A DNA stretch of 64,000 nt from a bacterium (lineage in GTDB: Bacteria > UBA8248), in NCBI GenBank assembly GCA_965207065.1, contig OZ242260.1:2432001-2496000 (forward strand), read 5' to 3'. The translations under genes and the position numbers were made by a program. Positions 33,524 to 42,604 of this stretch are shown here, piece by piece. Each line of letters starts with the position of its first letter. Position 1 is the stretch's first letter. The notes beneath the pieces were generated by a model. That model had not been told where the DNA came from and ran no database searches. It worked only from the letters and a program-made list of their open reading frames with translations.

Positions 33524-34246
33524 TTGTCCGTTCTCGCGCTTCAGCATGTGGACGTGGAAAGGCTCTCGCTGCTCGAGGAGGTGCTCGCGCAGCGCGGCGT
33601 TCCCTCGCGCTACCTGGCTCTCCACAAAGGGGAGCGTCTCCCGCACTCGGTGGAGGATATGGAGGACGCCGAGGCGATTGTCGTCCTGGGCGGGCCGATG
33701 GGCGTTTACGAGGCGGAGAAATACCCCTGGCTGGCCGATGAGATCCGGTTCCTGGGCGAGGCGATCCGCGCGGGCGTTCCGGTTTACGGCCTCTGCCTGG
33801 GCGCGCAGTTGATGGCGGCGGCGTTGGACGCCCGCGTGTATCCGGGCGAGGGGAAAAAAGAAATCGGCTGGTTCCCGGTGGACCTGACGCCCGAGGCGCG
33901 AGGGGACCCGCTGCTGGGCGATGAGGAGGCGAGCTTCCCCGTGTTCCAGTGGCACGGCGATACGTTCGATATTCCTGAGGGCGCCGTTCATCTGGCGTCT
34001 TCTGCGCGGTATCCCAATCAGGCGTTCCGGTGGGGCGCGCGCGCCTACGCCTTCCAGTTTCACCTGGAAACCGGGATGGCGGACATCACCACCTGGCTGG
34101 AGGCGTTCGAGGGCGATATGGCCTCCCCGCGCTCGGACGCGGACCCCGAGGCGATACTGCGCGATGCGCCGGGGCATCTCGAAACTTTGAACAGGCGCGC
34201 CGCGTGCTGGTTCGAGCGCTGGCTCGCTCTAGCGGGGCTTGCTTAG
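33524..34246 (+). CDS. Type 1 glutamine amidotransferase-like protein
   Basis: LGGPMGVY, GLCLGAQL nucleophile elbow, WHGDTF, QFHLE. Confidence 0.92.
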   Translation: MSVLALQHVDVERLSLLEEVLAQRGVPSRYLALHKGERLPHSVEDMEDAEAIVVLGGPMGVYEAEKYPWLADEIRFLGEAIRAGVPVYGLCLGAQLMAAALDARVYPGEGKKEIGWFPVDLTPEARGDPLLGDEEASFPVFQWHGDTFDIPEGAVHLASSARYPNQAFRWGARAYAFQFHLETGMADITTWLEAFEGDMASPRSDADPEAILRDAPGHLETLNRRAACWFERWLALAGLA

Positions 34247-34269
34247 TCGCCTTGAGGGTTACCCCCTTT

Positions 34270-34674
34270 GGGGTTGTTGAAAAACCCTGAGTTCGCGTTT
34301 CTGCGTATGCAACCGACCGGAGAGGGAGGAGACAACACATTCCCCATATTGAGTACCCAACAATCACTCCCCCCTTGAGGGGGTCGGGCTTCCCGAGGGG
34401 AAAGCCCGACAGAAGCCGAGCGTTTTTTGCGAAGGCTGATGCGGTGGGGGGTGAAATGCGTTTTATTGCCTTTCCGAGTTATACCCCCCACCGAATCGCT
34501 TTCGGGCTTACGCCCTAAGCTCTTCGACTCCCCCTCAAGGGGGGAGTGATTGTTGGGGCGTTCTGCAGGGGGAGAATGTATTAGCCCGACCCCTCAAGGG
34601 GGGAGTTGATTTGAAATTCTCTTTGGTGGAGAGATATCGCCGCAGGTGACGTACACCGGATTTTTCAACATCCC
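34270..34674. mobile_element. MITE-like element with TIRs carrying a long G/C-run inverted repeat
   Basis: GGGGTTGTTGAAAAACCC ... GGATTTTTCAACATCCC; internal 28-bp perfect IR at 34356-34383 / 34530-34557. Confidence 0.6.
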
Positions 34675-34678
34675 GCCC

Positions 34679-34707
34679 TTGTCGGCGGGGGAGCGCTCCC
34701 CTAATAT
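34679..34707 (+). promoter_or_regulatory. Putative sigma70 promoter of cinA
   Basis: TTGTCG-N17-TAATAT. Confidence 0.45.
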
Positions 34708-34761
34708 GAGCCTTCCCACAGGGGTCTTCATTTTCCGATTCTTGGCATAAAGGAACCTTTC

Positions 34762-36024
34762 ATGGCGGAACCTGTTCGCGGCGAAATCGTCGCCATCGGC
34801 ACCGAGATGCTCCTCGGCGACCTCATCGACACCAACAGCGCGTTCATCGCGGACCAGCTCAAGTCGATCGGCGTCAACATGTATTTCAATACCACCGTGG
34901 GCGACAACCTGGACAGGATCGCGGGCGTCATCAAGCAGGCGCACGAGCGCTCTCAGGTGGTCATCACCACGGGCGGGCTCGGCCCCACAGTGGACGACCT
35001 GACGCGGGAGGCCTGCGCGAAGGTGATGGGCGTGGAGCTCGAGTACCGGCAGGACCTGTACGACTACATCAGCGCCTATTTCAGCCGGCGCGGCTTCCAC
35101 ATGAGCGACAACAACAAGAAGCAGGCCTACATTCCCGCAGGCGCGACGCCCATCGAGAATCCGCGCGGCACGGCGCCTTGTTTCATGTGCGAGGACGAGA
35201 ACGGGGTCATCATCGTGAGCCCGGGCGTGCCGCACGAGATGCGCTACATCATCACCCAGTGCGCGGTGCCCATCCTGCAGGAGAAATTCGACTTAGGCGA
35301 AGTTATCCGCACGAAGGTCCTGAAGACATGCGGCCTCGGCGAATCGAGGGTCGACGAGATGATATCGGAGTTGTTTCGGGAATCCATCAACCCGAGCATC
35401 GGCGTGCTCGCCCACCCCGGACAGGTGGACGTGCGGATCACCGCGCGCGCGAAAGACATCGAAGAGGCGAACAACCTGATCGCGGGGCTGGAAGTGAAGG
35501 TGCGCGAGATTCTCGGCTCCGCCGTCTACGCCACCGGGAACGCGACGCTCGAGGAGACGCTGGCGCGTGTGCTGGCCCAGAGCGGCAAGACCATCGCGAT
35601 CGTCGAGTCGAACACGGGCGGGGCCTTGATCCAGCGGCTGAACGCCTGGCCCGAGCGCGTGCAGTTCTTAAAGCGCGGCGTCGTCGGCCTGCACGTAGAG
35701 GAACTCGCGCGAATGTTCGGCGTGGATGCGGGAGCAAGCCCTGAGGACATCGCAAAAGCGCTCGCCGGGAAAATTCGCGAGGAATCCGGCGCCGACTTAG
35801 GGCTCGCCGTCTTCGGCCCCAATCCACCCGAGAACATCGAGCCTGAAAACTCCCGCCGCGCGCCCGCGCTGGGCGATACCCACATGGCGCTCGATACGGG
35901 CGGCGACGCCTTCACCTTCTCGTCGAGCTTCGGGGGGAACGAGCAGTTCGTGCAGTCGCGCGCGCCGATCTACGGGATGGAACTCGTGCGCCGCGCGGTG
36001 CTGGGCCTCGACCCGCTGGGGTGA
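34762..36024 (+). CDS. cinA: CinA-family competence/damage-inducible protein (MoCF-like domain plus divergent PncC domain)
   Basis: IGTEMLLG...DTNS, VGDN, TGGLGPTVDDLTRE, NPRGTAP, PGVPHEM, GLGES; C-terminal ESNTGG. Confidence 0.85.
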   Translation: MAEPVRGEIVAIGTEMLLGDLIDTNSAFIADQLKSIGVNMYFNTTVGDNLDRIAGVIKQAHERSQVVITTGGLGPTVDDLTREACAKVMGVELEYRQDLYDYISAYFSRRGFHMSDNNKKQAYIPAGATPIENPRGTAPCFMCEDENGVIIVSPGVPHEMRYIITQCAVPILQEKFDLGEVIRTKVLKTCGLGESRVDEMISELFRESINPSIGVLAHPGQVDVRITARAKDIEEANNLIAGLEVKVREILGSAVYATGNATLEETLARVLAQSGKTIAIVESNTGGALIQRLNAWPERVQFLKRGVVGLHVEELARMFGVDAGASPEDIAKALAGKIREESGADLGLAVFGPNPPENIEPENSRRAPALGDTHMALDTGGDAFTFSSSFGGNEQFVQSRAPIYGMELVRRAVLGLDPLG

Positions 36025-36331
36025 CGCGGCCAGCATCGGTTCGAGAGCGAGGAGGGTGATCGCACCGTCCAACCCTGGACGCCCGAGCCGGACCGGCGGG
36101 AATACTCCCCACCCATAACAACGCCTTCTCCGAAAATGCGCCATGTTCGATCAATAAAACGGCGCGTTTTTTCTTGACTCTTGCCAGAATGAAATACAAT
36201 ATAAGCATCAATGACGCAGTATAGACGTATAAACAATATATATAATGGTAAATATCCTACTGACACCTCGCGCGGGATTCCACGTTCAGTGAAGTGCGGG
36301 ACCCGTCCATTCGACCTGGAGGTATTCAGCA

Positions 36332-36790
36332 ATGACCTCAACGAAACGGCACCAACCCATCGTCTTCGCCCTCGTATGCGCTCTCGTTCTCATTGGCGGA
36401 AGCCTGAAAGCTCACGCGGAGGATCTCTTTGGCTTTAACCCGAAAGTCACGAGCACCACCGGAACAGCCAATGTCTCAAATGATAGTCATGAATTGCATG
36501 TCGAATTCACCCTCAGTGCCGTAAAGTACGGTGCAACGAATAAATTTGAAGTTTGCGGGAAATTCCAACATGCGACTGAGTCAAGCCAATGGCATTATGC
36601 TACGCAGTGTGGCCCGGACGATCTGGAAGATAAGGGATCCGGAAGTTACAAGGCAACCTGGAGCGTTTCGAAAAAGATGGGCGGGAGTCGGGTAAAGAAC
36701 TCCGAAGCAAGGATAAAAATAAAGAAAACTCAAGGCGATGGGACAGTGAAAGAGAGTGACTGGACACTGAATGAGAGGGTGACTTGGTAG
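36332..36790 (+). CDS. Hypothetical secreted protein
   Basis: GGAGG RBS; signal peptide ending AHA; beta-rich mature part with two Cys; visibly AT-richer than its neighbours. Confidence 0.7.
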   Translation: MTSTKRHQPIVFALVCALVLIGGSLKAHAEDLFGFNPKVTSTTGTANVSNDSHELHVEFTLSAVKYGATNKFEVCGKFQHATESSQWHYATQCGPDDLEDKGSGSYKATWSVSKKMGGSRVKNSEARIKIKKTQGDGTVKESDWTLNERVTW

Positions 36791-36906
36791 TCGCTGTCCC
36801 GCAGGTCTTGAATTCTCAGATCAGGCGGTTCGGCCCGCGCCCGGATGCGTCTTTTGACCCTTCCTCCCCGGTCGGGTCAAGCCATCGATACAAACGTACC
36901 TTCATC

Positions 36907-37073
36907 GGGGCTGTTGAAAAAGTCCTCTCCGCTCGGATTTCACGACCGCCGGAATGACGAACTATACCGCTCCGCCTCCTGTAGGGACAGGTCGCGACCT
37001 GTCCCTACGGACCTTCCTGCCCGGTTGGGTTTATTCGCGAAATCACGAAACCGGGGTTTTTCAACAGATCCCC
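36907..37073. mobile_element. MITE-like element with TIRs carrying the 28-bp palindrome (copy 2, 36981-37008)
   Basis: GGGGCTGTTGAAAAAGTCC ... GGGGTTTTTCAACAGATCCCC. Confidence 0.65.
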
Positions 37074-37118
37074 ATCAGTCGCGTTTGACCTACGACGCCT
37101 ACTCAGGATGAGGGTTTG

Positions 37119-37147
37119 TTGACAGGATCGGCAAGAAGATAGATACT
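37119..37147 (+). promoter_or_regulatory. Putative sigma70 promoter of the UGSC selenoprotein operon
   Basis: TTGACA-N17-GATACT about 100 nt upstream of the start codon. Confidence 0.55.
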
Positions 37148-37243
37148 TTCCATCATCTTATCATTTCATAACGATCCAGCACTCATCGTGATTTAAGGCC
37201 GCGCCCTGCGCGAATCCGCCTGGTTTCAGGGGAGGAGTGTTTT

Positions 37244-37798
37244 ATGGGGAATACCCTGGTGATTCTCGATCCCTCGGGAATACCCCCGCCGCTGGAGAAG
37301 GTGCGGCCCGCCGCGCGCCCCGCCTCCCGCGAGGGCATTCGCCTGGGGCTTCTCGACAACACGAAACCCAACTCCGACAAGCTGCTCCGCCGCCTGGAAG
37401 AGCGCTTAAGCGGGAAATACCCCATCGGCTCGTTCACGCACTACCGCAAGGGAGGCAGCGCGCTTCCCCTGGAGGAGGACCTGATCGATCGGATGGCGGA
37501 AGAGTGCGACTTCGTGGTGAACGCGGTGCCCGACTGAGGGTCCTGCACGCCGTGGAGTATCCACGACGCGATTGAGCTCGAACAGCGCGGGCTCCCCACG
37601 CTCACCATCATCACGGACATGTTCGAGGCCTTCGGCCGCAAGAAGGCGCGGGCCCTGGGCTTCGCGGGCCTCCCGCTCGTCTCGATCCCCCATCCCATCA
37701 CCGGAATCCCGCTCGATACGGTGCAGGCCCACGCGGACGGGATACTCGAAAGCGTGGCGGACTCCCTGACGCTGGCGCCACCGGAAGACGAAGGATGA
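37244..37798 (+). CDS. UGSC-motif selenoprotein (184 aa; Sec at in-frame TGA 37535-37537)
   Basis: Reading through TGA gives ...NAVPD-U-GSCTPWSIHDAIELEQRGLPTLTIITDMF...IPHPI...; frame stays open to TGA 37796-37798, which overlaps the next ATG (ATGA); hairpin just 3' of the UGA. Confidence 0.88.
37548..37570 (+). promoter_or_regulatory. Candidate bacterial SECIS element
   Basis: CGTGGA-GTA-TCCACG perfect 6-bp stem, extendable by CGC/GCG; G-first loop 19 nt after the UGA. Confidence 0.7.
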
Positions 37799-38850
37799 AG
37801 CTGACCTCGGTGCGCCACGAGGTGGCGGAATCCCCCCTGGAACTGCTCGAGTACGTGATGGAACGTGGCTGGGGGGACGGGCTGCCCGTCATCCCGCCCA
37901 CCGAAGAGCGGGTGGCGGCCATGGTGGAGGCATCGGGCCGCCCGCCTGATGAGTCCCGCGGCCGCATCCCCCATCTGTTCGGCGACGCCACGATCGAGAA
38001 GATCGCCGTAAACGCCGCCATGGCGGGCTGCAGGCCCGAGTACATGCCGGTGCTCGTCACCGCCGTCGACGCCATCTTCGACCCCATCTACAACCTGCCG
38101 GGCGTTCAGGGGACGACGAACTGCATCGCGCAGCTCATCGTCGTCCACGGCCCCGCCCGGGGCGCGCTGGGAGTCAATTGCAAGGAAAACCTCTTCGGCC
38201 AGGGCTGGCGGGCCAACGCCACCATCGGCAGGGCCTTCCGGTTCATCCTGCAGAACATCGGGGGCGCCAAGCCGGGCGATACCGATCGCAGCACCTTCGG
38301 CCACCAGGGCAAGTTCTCGAGCTGTATCGGCGAAAACGAAGAGGCGAGCCCCTGGCCGCCGCTCCACGTCGAGCGCGGCCTGGAGCGCGCCGACAGCGCC
38401 GTGACCGTCATCGCGGTCGACCCGCACATCATGGTCAACGACGCGGCCAGCACGGATGGCGAGGGCGTGCTCCAGTCCATCGCCTCCTCGATGATGCAGG
38501 CGGGGAGCAACAACGCGCTCTTCGGCGGGGAGATGGTGGTCGTTCTCGGCCCCGAACACGTGGACATGCTCGTGCGCGACGGCTGGGACCCGCCGCGAAT
38601 CCGGGCCTTTCTCTACGAGCGGGGCAGGGTGCCGACGTTTCTCTTCGCGCCGGCGAACCTGGAGCGCGCGCGAGGGCGCCGGGACGACCTCCTGGCCCGG
38701 GAAGACCTCGAAAGCGTTCCCGTCGTCGACGATGTGGATAGCATCTGCCTGTTCGTGGCGGGCGGCCTCGGGAAGCACAGCCTCGTCATCCCGACGTTCG
38801 GAAACACGCACAGCGTCACGCGAAAGATCGATTTTTCTTTCACCGGCTGA
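37795..38850 (+). CDS. Conserved hypothetical protein, partner of the UGSC protein
   Basis: Translationally coupled; motifs GWGDGLPVIPPTEERV, AVNAAMAGCRPEY, ANATIGRA, ENEEASPW, VAGG of an uncharacterised family that I recall beside UGSC genes. Confidence 0.8.
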   Translation: MKLTSVRHEVAESPLELLEYVMERGWGDGLPVIPPTEERVAAMVEASGRPPDESRGRIPHLFGDATIEKIAVNAAMAGCRPEYMPVLVTAVDAIFDPIYNLPGVQGTTNCIAQLIVVHGPARGALGVNCKENLFGQGWRANATIGRAFRFILQNIGGAKPGDTDRSTFGHQGKFSSCIGENEEASPWPPLHVERGLERADSAVTVIAVDPHIMVNDAASTDGEGVLQSIASSMMQAGSNNALFGGEMVVVLGPEHVDMLVRDGWDPPRIRAFLYERGRVPTFLFAPANLERARGRRDDLLAREDLESVPVVDDVDSICLFVAGGLGKHSLVIPTFGNTHSVTRKIDFSFTG

Positions 38851-39007
38851 ACGCAAGCCGGAATCAAGAGGAGAACGGATTCTACAGGCTATCGTATCCA
38901 ATTTTTCCCCTGCCATATTGGGAGCATTCAACCCTGGAGGCGGTATGACAACGGGGCACAACGCCCCGGACCGTTAGTGGTAATCCCTATTTTTGGAGGG
39001 AAGAGCA

Positions 39008-40624
39008 ATGGAACGACGGAAAATCCGATTTGGAAGCGTCGCTATTTTCTTTCTCCTCGCGGCGGTGCTTGTATTCGGCCAGGTTCCAGGGTCCGCATGG
39101 GCCCAGAAGCGGGGAGGCACGCTGGTCATCGGCCTGGAAGCCGACCCGGGGCATTTCAACCTGATCGTCAAACCGGGCACGACGGTCCAGGTGCCGGCCG
39201 TGAACATCTACAACAAGCTGATCACGCTTGATTTCGCTCTCAACCCGAAGCCGGAACTGGCGAAGTCCTGGGAGGTCAAGGACGGTGGGAAAACGCTCAT
39301 CTTCCACCTCCGGAAGGGCGTGAAGTTCCATGACGGCAAGGAGATGACGAGCGAGGACGTGAAATTCTCTCTCGAGAAGTGCCTGCCGTACAATCCGCGC
39401 TCGCGCGTGTTCTGGAAGCCGGTGGCGGAGAAGGTGGAGGCGCCGGACAAGTACACCATCGTCGTCCGCCTCAAGAAGCCTTTCGCCCCCTTGCTCACGG
39501 TTATGGGGGTGATCTTCGGCGGCCCCGCCATCTACCCCAAGCATCTGTGGAAGGATCACGTGGGCAGCCGCAAGGCGTTCCTGAACGCTCCGTGGAGCAA
39601 GAAACCCGTGGGAACGGGGCCCTTCATGCTCAAGGAGTACAAGAAGGGCAGCCACGTCCGGCTCGTGCGGAACCCGAGTTACTGGAACGCGCCCAAGCCC
39701 TACGCGGATGAACTGGTCATCCGGTTCGTCTCGGACGCCAACACCCGCCTCATCGCCCTGGAGAAGGGCGAGATCGACTATCTCCGCGCGGCCCTCATCC
39801 CCTGGGATCAGGCGGCCCGCCTCAAGAAGAACCCCAAACTCGTCGTGCTCGACAAGGGGGGAGAAGCGACGGGGCAGGTCGAGTTCATGCTCCTGAACGT
39901 GCGGCGGCCCATCACCGGGAACGTGAAGGTCCGCCAGGCGATCGCGTATGCGCTGGACAAGAACCAGATCAGCCAGCTGGCTACCGGGGGCACCGCGAAA
40001 GTGGCGGACGGCATCATGCACTCGGCCATGAAGTGGGCGCACAAGGGCAGCTTCGCCCAGTACAAGCAGGACCTGAAGATGGCGAACAGGCTGCTCGACG
40101 AGGCGGGCTACCCGATGAAGGGAGGCAAGCGCTTCGGCCTCACGTTAACCTGGGCCAAGGGCCGCGGCTTCGAGGGACTGGCGGCCGAGGTTATCAAACA
40201 GCAGCTCAAGAAAGTCGGCATCGACATCAAGATCGAGTCCTTCGACCGGGCGGCGACGCTGAAGAAGGTGTACATCAATCATGATTTCGACATCATGATG
40301 CAGTTCTTCACCACCGGGCCCGACCCCAAGATCAGCGTTACCCGCGTCTATGACAGGAACAACATCGGCTCGGCGAACTTCAACAACGCGCCGTCCTACA
40401 TCAACGTCGGCGTTCAGCGTCTCCTCGACGCCGAATGGCAGATCCCCGACGTGAAGAAGCGTGGCGCCGCGTGGCGTCAAATCGTCGATATGGTCGCGGC
40501 CGACGCGCCCGTGATCCCGCTGTTCGAGACGCCCTTCGTCCACACGCATTCGGCGAAATGGGCGGATGTGGTCACGCGTCCCTACTGCGCGTATTGCACC
40601 CGGGAGGACGCTTACCAGAAGTAG
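39008..40624 (+). CDS. ABC transporter substrate-binding protein, family 5 (peptide/nickel/opine)
   Basis: Signal peptide ending AWA-Q; KRGGTL, PELAKSW, LRKGVKFHDG, PVGTGPF, VRQAIAYA. Confidence 0.93.
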   Translation: MERRKIRFGSVAIFFLLAAVLVFGQVPGSAWAQKRGGTLVIGLEADPGHFNLIVKPGTTVQVPAVNIYNKLITLDFALNPKPELAKSWEVKDGGKTLIFHLRKGVKFHDGKEMTSEDVKFSLEKCLPYNPRSRVFWKPVAEKVEAPDKYTIVVRLKKPFAPLLTVMGVIFGGPAIYPKHLWKDHVGSRKAFLNAPWSKKPVGTGPFMLKEYKKGSHVRLVRNPSYWNAPKPYADELVIRFVSDANTRLIALEKGEIDYLRAALIPWDQAARLKKNPKLVVLDKGGEATGQVEFMLLNVRRPITGNVKVRQAIAYALDKNQISQLATGGTAKVADGIMHSAMKWAHKGSFAQYKQDLKMANRLLDEAGYPMKGGKRFGLTLTWAKGRGFEGLAAEVIKQQLKKVGIDIKIESFDRAATLKKVYINHDFDIMMQFFTTGPDPKISVTRVYDRNNIGSANFNNAPSYINVGVQRLLDAEWQIPDVKKRGAAWRQIVDMVAADAPVIPLFETPFVHTHSAKWADVVTRPYCAYCTREDAYQK

Positions 40625-40648
40625 TCCTGGTATTCGAATCGTGTTTCA

Positions 40649-40674
40649 GGGGCCCCGTCTCCGGGCGGGGCCCC
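40649..40674 (+). other. GC-rich stem-loop between the SBP and permease genes (mRNA stabiliser/attenuator)
   Basis: GGGGCCCCGTC-TCCG-GGCGGGGCCCC; no long U tract. Confidence 0.5.
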
Positions 40675-40708
40675 GCAGGTTTCCTGACGTCTTACCGAGG
40701 GGCGATCC

Positions 40709-41692
40709 ATGGCAGGCGATCATCCGCTTCTGCGTTACAGCGTAAGGCGAATCCTTCAGGCCGTCCCTCTTGTTTTCTGGGTCGTCATCATCAACTTCAC
40801 CATCATCCATCTCGCTCCGGGTGATCCGGCCATTTACCTGGCCAGCGTCACCGAGGCCACGCCGGAGGCTTATGAGGAACTGCGCATCGAGTTCGGCCTG
40901 GACAAGCCGCTTTACGTCCAGATGGGGATTTACCTGTGGAAGCTGCTTCATCTGGACCTGGGCTATTCCACCTGGCACAACTCCCCCGTACTCGGCGTCA
41001 TACTCGATCGCCTGCCCGCGACCATGCTCCTCATGGCGACGGCCTTCTCCATCGCCAGCCTCATGGGGGTGGTTCTGGGCGTCATCGCATCGCGATATTC
41101 CTATTCGGTGGGCGACCATCTGGCGACCCTGGCATCGCTCGCAGGCTATTCGATGCCCATATTCTGGCTGGGCCAGCTTCTCATACTCTTCTTCGCCCTT
41201 TATCTGGATTGGCTGCCGAGTCAGGGCATGTATTCGATGCGCGGTGTGGAACCCGGCTGGCCAGCGGTCCTCGACGTCCTGAAGCACCTGCTCCTGCCCG
41301 CGATCACCTACGCCACCTATCACATGACGCTCGTGTTCCGGATCACGCGGGGCAAGATGCAGGAAACGCTCGCGCAGGACTTCATCCTGACCGCGAAATC
41401 CAAGGGGCTGAACGAACGCCGCGTGCTCTACCGGCACGCCCTGCGCAATGCGCTGCTCCCGGTGGTCACCGTGATCGGCATCAATTTCGCCTACGTCATG
41501 GCGGGCTCGGTGTTCACCGAGACCGTGTTCGGGTGGCCGGGCATGGGCCGGCTGATCTTCGAATCCATCACCGCGCGGGACTATCCGATGATTCTGGGGA
41601 TCTTCCTCGTCGTCTCGATGATGATCGTGCTGGCGAACCTCATCACGGACATTCTCTACGCCTTGATCGACCCGCGCGTGGCTTATAACTAG
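40709..41692 (+). CDS. ABC transporter permease (DppB/OppB-like)
   Basis: LAPGDPA, GLDKPL, DFILTAKSKGL (EAA loop), HALRNA, ETVFGWPGMG, DPRV. Confidence 0.94.
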   Translation: MAGDHPLLRYSVRRILQAVPLVFWVVIINFTIIHLAPGDPAIYLASVTEATPEAYEELRIEFGLDKPLYVQMGIYLWKLLHLDLGYSTWHNSPVLGVILDRLPATMLLMATAFSIASLMGVVLGVIASRYSYSVGDHLATLASLAGYSMPIFWLGQLLILFFALYLDWLPSQGMYSMRGVEPGWPAVLDVLKHLLLPAITYATYHMTLVFRITRGKMQETLAQDFILTAKSKGLNERRVLYRHALRNALLPVVTVIGINFAYVMAGSVFTETVFGWPGMGRLIFESITARDYPMILGIFLVVSMMIVLANLITDILYALIDPRVAYN

Positions 41693-41704
41693 GAACTTGA
41701 GATC

Positions 41705-42604
41705 GTGACGACTGCGACGGACCAAATTGATTATCAAAGCCCGCAAAGAGGGCCGCAGTGGCGGGCCGTCTGGGACGCGTTCAGCCAGAACCGCGCGGTG
41801 CCCATCGCGGGGTCCGTGCTTTTGGTTTTGGTTCTACTGGTACTGTCGGCGCCCTTGCTGGCGCCCTATGACCCTTACGCCCTGGGCTCGGGCTCAAGGC
41901 TGGGCGGGCACAGTTTCCAAAACATCATGGGCGTAGACAATCTCGGCCGCGACGTTTTCAGCCGCATCCTGTGGGGCGGGCGGGTCTCGATCTTCGTCGG
42001 TTTCTCGGCGGCCTTCGCCACGACGGTTATGGGCCTGCTCGTGGGCACGATATCGGGTTACCTGGGCGGATGGGTGGACGACATCCTGATGCGTTTCACC
42101 GAGACCTTCATGGTGATACCGCGATTCTTCCTCGCCCTGATAATCGTGGCCTTCTTCGGGGCGAACATCTGGAACATCATCTTCGCCATCTCCATTCTGA
42201 CGTGGCCGGTGACGGCCCGCCTCGTGCGCTCGGAATTCCTGACTCTGCGCACGCGGCAATTCGTGGACGCCGCGCACGTGATCGGCACGCCGCGCTCGAC
42301 GATCATCTTCCGCGAGATACTGCCGAACGCCATCGGGGTTGTGGTCGTGAACGCCTCGCTTCTGACGGCGCAGGCGATGCTGCTCGAAGCGGGTCTGAGC
42401 TATCTGGGCCTGGGAGACCCCAGCCTGGTGACCTGGGGACGGATGCTGTACGAGGCCCAGCCCTTTCTGCGCCAGGCCTGGTGGATGGCCGTGTACCCCG
42501 GTCTGGGCATCTTTCTTTCGGTCCTGACGCTCAACCTGCTGGGAGACGGCCTGAACGACGTGCTCAACCCCCGCTCCTCCGAGATTCACCGGACCGGACT
42601 ATGA
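41705..42604 (+). CDS. ABC transporter permease (DppC/OppC-like)
   Basis: GVDNLGRDVFSR, FVDAAHVIG, EAGLSYLGLG, NLLGDGL. Confidence 0.94.
   Translation: MTTATDQIDYQSPQRGPQWRAVWDAFSQNRAVPIAGSVLLVLVLLVLSAPLLAPYDPYALGSGSRLGGHSFQNIMGVDNLGRDVFSRILWGGRVSIFVGFSAAFATTVMGLLVGTISGYLGGWVDDILMRFTETFMVIPRFFLALIIVAFFGANIWNIIFAISILTWPVTARLVRSEFLTLRTRQFVDAAHVIGTPRSTIIFREILPNAIGVVVVNASLLTAQAMLLEAGLSYLGLGDPSLVTWGRMLYEAQPFLRQAWWMAVYPGLGIFLSVLTLNLLGDGLNDVLNPRSSEIHRTGL

Noticed and set aside
33474-36925. Composite transposon around GATase-cinA-orphan defined by the exact 19-bp inverted match
   Set aside because: Judged from the paired elements, these are a right end followed by a left end, so they belong to separate small elements; no transposase or target duplication is seen.
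37441-38961. 506-aa minus-strand ORF and the 65-aa plus ORF at 37572-37769
   Set aside because: Shadows of the UGSC read-through frame and its partner, which explain the region better.
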